Assembly (NCBI GenBank): GCA_000165425.1
Contig: CT868671.1
Location: forward strand, 563,027 to 627,026
Length of the DNA stretch: 64,000 bases
Origin: Paramecium tetraurelia
Taxonomy: Eukaryota
Direction of reading: 5' to 3'
Part shown: piece by piece, positions 53,901 to 64,000 of the stretch
How the letters are laid out: every line of letters begins with the position of its first letter
Numbering within the stretch: position 1 is the stretch's first letter
Position numbers and translations under genes: made by a program
Notes under the pieces: model-generated
Database searches by the model: none
Seen by the model: the letters and a program-made list of their open reading frames with translations, nothing else
What the model was told of the DNA's origin: nothing

Positions 53901-55726
53901 ATGATATCAGATGATATATATTGGGTGCCTTAAGGGGTTAAGGCTGATTGCACTATAGATGACTTAATCCACCCCGATGCAAAAAAGCTTTCTACTTTCT
54001 AATTTAATTTTAATCAAATAACAGAGAAGGTGGAAGAGAAGAAACAAAAATTCATAGAAGATGAAATTTTAGAATCGTTGGGGATCACGGAAGAAGATCT
54101 GTTATTAGAATCAGCACTCCAAACCTATGATCATAAATTATATATTGAGGAATTGATTTAAGAAGCCTTGCTAGATAAATAATAATAAATCCAATTCTAA
54201 CCATAATAATAATCCAATAATCTCAATAGTTCATTCAAAACTTTATATGAACGATAGTACCTATCTTATGCGGATAGCACCTTTAATTTTGAAGAAGAAA
54301 TCAACTTCAAGACTCCAGATTTGGCATCATTATAATTGTTATTATAACAATATTGCAATGATAAGGAAGACCTTGAAGATTTAGAATCCTATTTTACTAA
54401 TAACCAATAAAGTAAAATAATTCATAAATTTACACAATTAAGAGGGTAGGCAAAGCAGTTGGTTTTTAATTATATAGATTTATAATAGAAGGATAGTTAA
54501 TTTATAGAGATTCTATCTTAAAAGTTAAAGGAGCTCTCTCTTATCAATCCTGTTAAGACAGAGCATTTGCTTGATTATTTCAATAAGGACTAATTGAGAA
54601 ATATATTGGACAAGTAAATACCAATAGTGAGATTTAAAATCCTTTAAAATTTACAAAAGGATGATAATTTGATGATTGAATATTTTGAACTAATATGTTA
54701 ATTGCATCCTGATTAAGTTATAACAGAACTATCGAAAGGAGGCTATCCCTAGGATGAATGTCTGAAATTGTGTAGATTTTATGGCAATTTGAAAGGTCTG
54801 GCCTATTTATTAGAGAGAAGCGGTTCAGTTTTGGAGGCCCTTAATTTACAATTTGATGTAATGATGATTATAAGAAATATAGCTATTTATTTAAGGGTTA
54901 AAGCAATAATTGCAGAAGAATCCAAAATTATTGGAGGGATAGAAGGAGTTATTTAATTACATTGAGGAGAACTTGGAGCCGACTTTGAGTATTTGCAGAG
55001 CGAATACAAAAAGGAATGATGACGAAAGTGATGTAGATAAATTAATCATATAAAATAGAACAATTGGTTTTAGGTTTTAATAAGGTTGACAAAATTAAGA
55101 TAGGAGTTTTACAAGATTAGATTCTATCCTGTTTTAAGATGTTTTAATTCACATTTCACAAGGTTGCTAGAGGAAGTATTGGAGAAAACAAAAATAAAAA
55201 GCTTACTTGAAGTAATTTGTAATAAATTTATTTATTATAGAATTTAAATGAGACAATGAAATATTTTGAGTTTCAAGAGCTGAAGTCAACATTTTCTTAG
55301 CTGCTTTCAGGCTAACTTTATGAATTGGCCATTTACGGATAATCAACAATGCTTATAAAGCAGACATGTAATAAATATTTAGTATCTTTGTTTAAATAAT
55401 CATAATCTGGATTGCCAGTTGATATTTATTGTACACATTGCCAGAAGCTTATAGAAATGGTGTCTAAAGTTTATATTGATTGTAAACACTCATTTCATAT
55501 GGAATGCTCAACAGAACAACTTTGTAAGGCATGTATTAATAACTTTGGATCATTAATGAATAAGTTATTGATTCTCTACACAAATAGAAAGAGTACTAGA
55601 TTGTAGGTTCCAACATAAACAGTTGAGTCTAATTAATAGAAGGTGGAGGATACAAATCACAGATAGAATAAATTAAATAAACTAAAAGAATTTGATTATT
55701 TAAGATAAAATAATAAAGGGTATTGA
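53901..55726 (+). CDS. Vps8-like protein (clathrin-heavy-chain repeat + C-terminal RING-H2), apparently without beta-propeller
   Basis: YFELICQLHPDQV...YPQDECLKLC..LAYLLERSG..EAL; ICRANTKRNDDES..WF; CTHC...CKHSFHMEC...CKAC. Confidence 0.7.
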
Positions 55727-55739
55727 TTTATAAATCATT

Positions 55740-56270
55740 TCAGAAATTGAAAATTTAAGTAATTCTATTTAAGACATTTTTATCATAATAGTCTTCCTTT
55801 GTAAAAAGATCTGATTAAATCTATGATTATGTATTTGGTATAAAATTCTTCATCGTCCTGAATATAAGCTATTTTGGTTATTGCTACATATTTTTTTCTT
55901 CAAATGATTATAATTCTGTTTTCTTTTCAACTTACTTTAATTTTTATTACTCTTATTCTCTATATTTATTAACTAACCCATCAATAGATTCCTTGTTCAA
56001 TTTGATATTGTGCAATTTATGTCCATTATCAATAGATTATTAATTTAATTCAGCAAACCTGTTGACATTTGCTTGTTTCAATGGAGTTGGGATGATGAAA
56101 TTATTTTGAATGTTTGATTGCTTTAATTGTTTGTAGCCTCTTAATTATTCATACACACCTTCACTTATGTAGATTTCAACTTTCATTTTCTTTTTGTCGT
56201 TCTGCTTTTTCAATTCTTCTTCAGGAGATTAAAGGGATTCCTACACATTAAATAAATCATCTTTATCCAT
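55740..56270 (-). CDS. Hypothetical protein (176 aa, intronless)
   Basis: 531-nt open frame from ATG 56270 to TGA in ciliate code. Confidence 0.65.
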
Positions 56271-56329
56271 AAATAATTGTGCTTAATATTAATGATGCAA
56301 ATAAAATTATATATATTAATTATATTAAA

Positions 56330-58406
56330 ATGGATGTAGTGATTTCAGCTGATGAATTTATGAGTGTTAGGAATGGGAATCAAAATACTTACAAGAAACT
56401 ATGTTAATCATTCTTGAAAGTGAAAGATCCGATGGTTCAGTTGAAAGTGGGTTTGTGCATTCTAAAATCACCACCTGAGGAAAGAATGGATTTCGAGTTG
56501 GCAGTTTTGGAATAGGCAACTAAGGATTTAGATTTTTTCAAGAGTTTGCGTGATTAGAAGCTCCATTAGAAGTGTTGTAAAATGATGAATTATAGACATT
56601 ATATGAAGAATGACATCGTATTTAAGGAAGGTTTGTTTATGCTTCATATTAATAAGGTGATTCATCGAATGAGTTCTTTATAATAATAGATGGGAGTGTT
56701 AATGTGTATGTGCGTAAGAAGTAGGATAGAATTTAAACAGAACTTGATCACGAACAATAGTAATTAAAGGTTCTCTCAGATGAGGAAATTGAACGCCATC
56801 CTAGTACCATAGTAAGATTCTATTAGCCTCCAAGATTGCTTACAAGAAGGATGACCATAAATTTGAGAGAAGATGATTTCGAACAGTAATTTAGAATTGT
56901 AACTTTAGGATATCGAAATCATACAAACCTAAAACTTTTATTCAAACTGACAGATAGGATGTTAAACATAAAGATGTTGAAGTTATCAAAAGGTTAACTC
57001 ATGGACTTGAGAAATTGCAGGATAAGGAATTTCTGTTTAATGGAGGTGTTTTCTTACATGACTTTGTGGCTCGTATCAATGAGGGATAGATGTTCGGAGA
57101 GAGAGGATTACTGATAGAATCTACAAGAACTGGTACTGTGATTGCCAACACATCTTTGCATGTGGCCGTTTTAACTAGAAAAGATTATAAAGTCCTATTG
57201 GAAGATACTTAATTGGGTAATGCTTGCCATAAATAAAAGAAAAAATAAGAAAGAAGACCAAATTATTGAGCAACTCTATTTTGAAAAATCTCACATACAA
57301 GGAGGCTATCGAGACTCAATACAAATTTGAAAAGATCCATTTTCCACTTGGCCATTATATATATAAAATAGGAGATAGTCCACAACAATTAATAGTAATC
57401 AAAAAAGGCACAGTGAGATTGTTTAAGAAAGAGAATAACAGATTATTTCCCTTGTGTGAATTAGGTCAAGATCAATATTTTGGAGAGTTGGAATATTTCG
57501 AATAAAGTGATCGTATCCATACAGCCTAAGTAACATCTCAGCATTTCTCTGCATATTCCATCACTTACAAAGATTTAGCCAAGTTGTTGACATCTTATCC
57601 TTAATGCGAAAAACAATTGAAACGAAATTATGAATTGAGACATAAAATAAATGATGAAAGAATGAGCAAGACAATCAAGACGCATAAGAGACTCAATTAT
57701 TCTGAATAATTCATCCAGAAACCATCAAATCTCTCTCAACCTATCTTTGAGATCAAATCATAATTTAATTGTGTGTAGTAAACATTGGAATCTTAAAAGA
57801 GCCACTTGATTAATTAAGCTAAAAAGTAGATTTGCCAAATGGAATTCATTAAGAATACATCACAACAATTGAAGTAAATAAGAAGAATCTAGAGGAAGGA
57901 ATAAAAGAAGTATTTGATATACTTAATTTAGAGATCAGTAAGAACATGAGAGGAGTCTTGCAGATACATTAAATCACTTAGAAGTTTAGTCATCTTTAAT
58001 CAGAAGAGAATTCAGACGGAGAGAGTAGAGACGATTCAGCAGTCTCTTGTTGGACAAGGATTCAAATTACAATGCCTCGTAATTCAATAGTAATCAGAAC
58101 TCCAAAACCTTCAATAAGAATTAGAATTACGAAAGATAAAGTAGTCTGTCATAATAATTCAAATTTCCCAACTTTATAGACTTCAATTCAAAACTATAGT
58201 CATATGAGATTGTAGAGGATAAACAAAAGGATTTGCTCAGTCCTCAGAAGGAATTTCTCTCTCCCATGAGTCAAGGTGTTATGATTTCGTCGAAACACAA
58301 TCTGTTTAGGAATAAACCTAATAGACTTTGCTTGATGAACAATTATGAAAAACGACAGCCAAAATCTCACAGTACTGAATTATCTATAAAAACTTTTTTT
58401 AATTGA
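56330..58406 (+). CDS. Soluble protein with two cyclic-nucleotide-binding domains
   Basis: VFKEGDSSNEFFIIIDGSV..GQMFGERGLL..RTGTV and IYKIGDSPQQLIVIKKGTV..DQYFGELE. Confidence 0.85.
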
Positions 58407-58440
58407 ATTAAGAAATCTAATATTTGTTTTTTTATAAAAA

Positions 58441-59194
58441 ATGTCTAATGACACAGGAGTACAGAAAAAAAAACATAAATACATTGATTCTGAAGAAGAG
58501 GAGCAATAGCAGCAATAACCTGTGTAATAACCATAACAACAATCTCCTATTGCTTAAACTATTACAGTGGATCATAAGAAATGGAAATTCTTGTTTGAAC
58601 CTGACTCGTCAGAATAATAGGAAGGTAATAATTTGAAAATGTAGAATGAAGAAAAGAAAGTTAAGAAAATTCAGAATCCACAAATCACCAAATAAAAATA
58701 GCCTGAACAAAGAGTCAAGCAAATTAAATCAAATCCAGACACTGATGATTTGAGGTACGAAATTTTGTGTAGGTGGTGGTATTGTTTCGATCAATGGCCA
58801 CCTTCGGATTTTGACTATGAAGAAGCCTTGTCCAAGTATAAATTGAGAAAAGTCGATTTGGCTGTTTTCAAAAGAGAATCCGAGATCAATGATTAAGGAC
58901 TCAGGAAGGTCTATGAAGTGAATGGATACAAAGGAGTCTTTAGGACTTCAGCTGTACACATTTCAAGTTTATCAATAGGGTGACACTCTGGATCTCAGAC
59001 CAAGAGAGGGTTGTCCATCCTATGAGCAAATCTCCAAGATCAATTCAAAAAACCTGCCCAAAATATTAATCAAAGGCTTGAAGGCTTAATTGGATGACTT
59101 ACTTAAGCATGAGCCCAACAACCAATAATTAAAACATAATTTAGAACGCTAATTAAAACAAGTCCAATAGCAATATCAGAGATAGACAGATTGA
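58441..59194 (+). CDS. Hypothetical protein with conserved-looking Trp-rich domain
   Basis: ILCRWWYCFDQWPPSDFDY...KVYEVNGYKGVFRTSAGDTLDLRPREGCPS; one 25-nt intron. Confidence 0.75.
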
Positions 59195-59248
59195 TAATTT
59201 TGATTTAGATTTTATGTAGCAATAATAAAATAATAAAAACAATAAAAT

Positions 59249-62200
59249 TCATTACCATACATCATTTTAATGTCTTTACACATAGTTAAGTGTCTTCAAA
59301 AAACTATCATTCATATATAAACTAGTTCTAGGCAACAAAAAGACAAACTGTTTTAATGATCTTAATTTTTGTTTTAGATTCCAAGATTAAACTAGCCATA
59401 AAGTAATTTAAAGAACTATGGCTATTGAAATTACAAAAATAAACCAATCCAACCTGCTACTTTAATTATCATTAATAAAATTTTCTAAGTCCAATTTCAA
59501 TTAATCCACATAACTGTTGATTCCTTTGATTATAAAACTAATGGCAATGGCATCTTCTGATGTGGAATATTCGATAAAATTCGAATAATTGGAAACATAA
59601 TTGTTCATGTAATGCACCAAATAGTATTGAACTGACTCCAAAATTCCATTCTGCAATAATCCTTGATGTACTTATTCACAAATAGAAATATCGATTTATA
59701 CACTCAGGATGCTGCAAATGTTCTCCTTTAATAAATCATTGCTTTGAGTACTTCTGAAATCTAATAATTTGAGATTAAATTTACTTGATTCTTATAGATA
59801 GGTTAATGATGAATCAATGTAATCATAATACTCCTATAATAACTACTTTGTTAAATAGTTTTTATTTAATAGGTAATCCCCGTTCTCATAGATAATACTA
59901 CTCTGACACATGACGGAAAAGGATTCCAAGTATTTAATACTCTAATTGTAGACGTCGATATTTTCTATTAAAGTTTGCATAGTCTCCAGAGTGTCAAAAT
60001 AGGAAAATAGAAGATAAATTAATATGAATGCTAAACAAAATAAAGGGTAAAGAAAGTTTAGGGTTCTTTTGATTGTAAATACATCTTTTAGATTTAGATA
60101 TCTTTTCATTTTCTACAAACTGGTATTATTGTTCAAAGGTCTGTAACTTGAATGGATCGTTTAGTTTTCCTAGTGATACGAGAAATCCATCTTAAGCTCA
60201 TAAATGTTGAGTTTCTAATAATGGAGATAAATCATTTACTTATTTATTGTTAAGGATGTTTGCACAAAAATTGATTTCCCTATCAATGCAGTCTATTGAA
60301 ACCTGCTCACTACATCTAGTAATCTTCTTCAGGTATTTAAAATAATTATAATAAGCAATCAAAGAAACCACTGAAATGAAAAAGCTCAAAACTACCAAAG
60401 CTAAGATAAGACTTCGTTAAGAATCATTGAAGTTATTAATCGAATCTTAAACTTACTACTGAAATGATAGATTAATCTCCTCATACAAGGTTTTGTGAAT
60501 TGGGAATTCTTTCATCAAATTAACAAAGGTAGGCACTTCTTCAATCTGTATTAAATCCTAATTCTACACAAAATCTATTTAATCATATAATGTTGTCAAA
60601 GTTAAATAGAGAACATCAATCTTCATCTAATTTAATTCCTGGGTGTCTGAATTTTTAAAGACATCCTATATTTAGGAAGTCAATAAATAATTCTTTTATT
60701 GATCTACGAAAATCATTGAGTTTTCAACTAACAAGCTATTCAAATGTTAATAAAATTAATCTGATTTTGAGGCATTTGGACTTTAAGACATTAAAGATAA
60801 TTAAATATTATCTACATAACTCGTGGATGTAAAAGCTTTGAGGATTTCAAAGGTAGGTATCATTGTATCACTTTCTGAGTTGTATCTTAGTTAATACATG
60901 AGTAAAAATGTTATGATAATTGCAAAAATCAGAGCATTTATTAGATGCATAATGTATAATATTTTCTCATTGCTTGAGTTACAAAATTCATAATATTGAA
61001 CGCCTTTAAAGAGATATTTGGACCCCTCTGATTATTGCTTTTATGATGAAGCCGATGCTTAGTGATAATCCTAATCTTAATTTGAATAATATTCATTGTT
61101 TATTTAGTTATCTGAATTTGAAATTCGAGCATTACCTTTACTTGCAAAGAATTTTGATTTTCTTTCTGTTTTTATTAAAGTCAATCTCTTTCGTTCCTAA
61201 AATGGAACTTAATTCAACTATTAAATCTGATTCTAAGATTCAGTAATGCATTACTCATTAATTTAAGGAAAAGAGTATTGTTGCATTCGTATAGAGGATT
61301 CATTACTTGCTTTCTCATTATCTTAAATATTTGGAAGTGTATCTGTTTTTTTAGAAGATTACTGAATGCTGTCTTAAAGCTAGATAGAATGATCATTGAA
61401 ACTGTTATCTGTAAGTTCAAGTTAGTGCACCTTGTTAAACTCGATTATGTAGAACTATACAAATTATAATATAAATATATAATGATACTTTTGATATTTT
61501 AGTATTGATAATTCCATAAGTTAAAGTCAATGTTAAATCTATAAGAAATTTATCTTATGAATTAATAACAAATAATTAATCTTCGAGTTTCAATTTATAA
61601 TGATTATAAACAGACTTAATATTATTCTTCTATCTCTTAATTTATTGGTTATTCATCACTTACGATTTTTTCTTTTCTCTTACTGTTTTTGAATCCATCA
61701 TTAAATTTAACTTCTAAATATTTTCATTGAAATCACTATAAAACTTAGAGATTTCTTAATTGCAAATCTCCTGTGTTGAATCGAGAAAAAGTGATTGATA
61801 AGCATAAGAACTTATACCTTAGATGATTTCATAATCATCAACAATTATATGGCCTCTCACATTCTCAAATTTACCTATCGGTTTAAGTTCTTACATAAAA
61901 CAATAAACAGGGAACTATGTAGCAGTAATCGTAAAACAGACATCAATGAACATCTCAATGAATACAATCTCTTAATTGGCTTTTTGAGCTATCAAATGAC
62001 GTTCTTGTCTCAGTACATTTGGTCTACTACTCATCAAAAACAATTCCATTATTGTGTTATGTACTTTTGAAATTAATGGTGGTACCAATTAATGAACAGT
62101 CTAAATTTAGTTGCAGAATTCATCCATGTTTTAATATCCAAAAAAGTTATATGAATTATCTGAGCGAGATAAGATTTCTCCTCTGCATTTGTATTTTGAA

Positions 62201-64000
62201 AATCTAGAGAGATTAATCTTTAGATAACTGACATTTTGAGATTGATGAGATAGTATTGGAATTTCGAAAAACTTTATTTCTTTGGATCTAAGACTCTAAA
62301 ATTTAAGAATATGTTGTTTTTACATTTTTATATTGGTAAAATGAAAAGTAATCACAACGTATCTCTAAGTAATACAACATTAATAATAATGTTGATGTTC
62401 TACATTGAGATTAATTATAGAACTGCAACAAACCACCTTACAATTTATCAAGGATTTTATTTTATTCAATATACAATTATTAAACTTCTTCGTAATTCAA
62501 CTTATTGCTGCTTAGTTTTATTAAATAATTCTATTTCATTTATAGACAATCCATTAATTTATTAAAGAAATGGGTCCTTTAATGCTCAGTACTCCTGTAA
62601 TCTCCATATTAAATAGTCTTTCTTATTTATATTTCAGTCAAATGAGATTGTGTCCTTTGTAGAGTGAGATACTTTGAATAACTGGTCATCAAATTAATAA
62701 CAATACCATCGAATGGCTTCTTTTATTCTTGCAATTGCAATTTCACTTCCATTATTTATAGCCATGTCTGATAACACTCCTCTGATTTGCCAATATAACT
62801 AATCAATTGAGTTATGTAAGTTAAATTGGGTTGTGTAACATAAATCTGAATATTCAAGATTAGTTTTATGTAATATCTAATATATCTATCAATTAAATCA
62901 ACTGAAACAAATAAGTTTGAACAAGTATAATCTGAAAATATCCTCATTTATTTATTGTCATGATTCAATTCTAAACTCTGTTTTTTTTCACCCATAAACC
63001 CTCGGCAAAAGCAATAGAGATTATTACATAATTCAATGTGAGTCTTAACTAAAATTATACATTGCATCAAAAATTTAGATTAGTTTGCATTAAACACATT
63101 ATTAGGAGAATAAGCCTGTTACTTCTAAATATCCAACAACTCGTATAAACGTACAAATTGTAAGAAATATTTATAATTAGTCAACCTAACTGTATTTATC
63201 TATTCTAACTTCTATAACCAAATCAATCTTTCAATTTAATGAGCTTCATCGTTTATAGCCATAGATTTTGTGATAGTTTAAGAACTTCTTTTTAATATCT
63301 TTTACTTAAGTGGCATATTTTCAGCATGAAGTGTTTTCATAACGATATTCTTAAAATTATAATCCGTCAGTTGATTAAGCATTTTACATGTACATGGAAT
63401 ACTCATTAAAGTTAATGTTATGATGTCAGTTATAGAAAATTGTAATAATTTTGTAAAAGTAATCCCAAAGGTAAGTGAAAAGGCAAAATGAAAGACGTAT
63501 ATTTTATATGGCTAAACAAATGGAATATTTTATGATTAATCCTATAAATCGAACAAGAGATTCAAAAGTACAAAACAACTTATTATTTATTAGAATAACA
63601 GATTGTCGTATATCGTTTCATGATCCATTAGATACAAGACACTGAAGTATAAGACTGTGGGCACAATTCTTAAAATCTATCCAATTTTAAATGATGTTGT
63701 AACCCTTAGTCTTAAATAATTAGTGTCTTTTAATCTGTAGGATTATTGCATATACAAAGACAAGGCTTCTAAAATTATTAAAAACAATAATTGAATCAAA
63801 TTAAGCGTAAAATTTAAAGCAAATAAGACAACTTAGTAATTGGAGGAATTGAAAATTCTGTAAAATATTATTGCTATCCAATATATTTAAGGCAAAAATA
63901 GGATGTGAGTGAAATAATTGGTTAGTAAGGAAGTTCTGTATAAATACATTTCAATAAGGGAACCATTATCAGTGATCATCAACTATTTTAGTAAGAAATG
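59249..64000 (-). CDS. Large multi-pass membrane protein with PAS-like domain (TmcB/C-like); 5' end beyond window
   Basis: N-terminal TM cluster, PAS-like VHQLVPPLISKVHNTIMELFL near 62030-62100, further TM segments, ends NDSFLKTLNYVQRHQNDVWQ-TGA; frame not verified base by base throughout. Confidence 0.72.

Overview
AT-rich, gene-dense eukaryotic DNA that reads as a Paramecium-type ciliate macronuclear segment. TAA/TAG encode Gln, TGA is the only stop, introns are tiny (about 20-37 nt, GT..AG) and intergenic spacers are often under 60 bp. The supplied standard-code ORF track therefore fragments every gene; I re-translated by hand with the ciliate code. About 39 protein-coding loci are supported, including Pierce-like, SAS-4/CENPJ, ubiquitin-like-domain PI4K, Myb, Sin3, TTLL9, ABHD17, MORN, PP2C, TBC1D20, FAB1/PIKfyve, syntaxin-18, two CNBD channel genes, BRCA2, a RING-YEATS fusion, CFAP97-like, CKS1, SURF1, a Vps8-like protein and a large PAS membrane protein. 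Most interesting: (1) a probable nucleus-encoded mitochondrial TatB-like gene whose frame only closes with a non-canonical GT..TG intron; (2) a compact single-BRC BRCA2 next to a RING-YEATS gene; (3) a CNBD channel with degenerate filter, S4 and nucleotide-binding cassette; (4) two frameshifted genes. No RNA genes, CRISPR arrays or mobile elements were recognised. Family calls come from motif recognition, not database searches; coordinates include introns and some start codons are best guesses.
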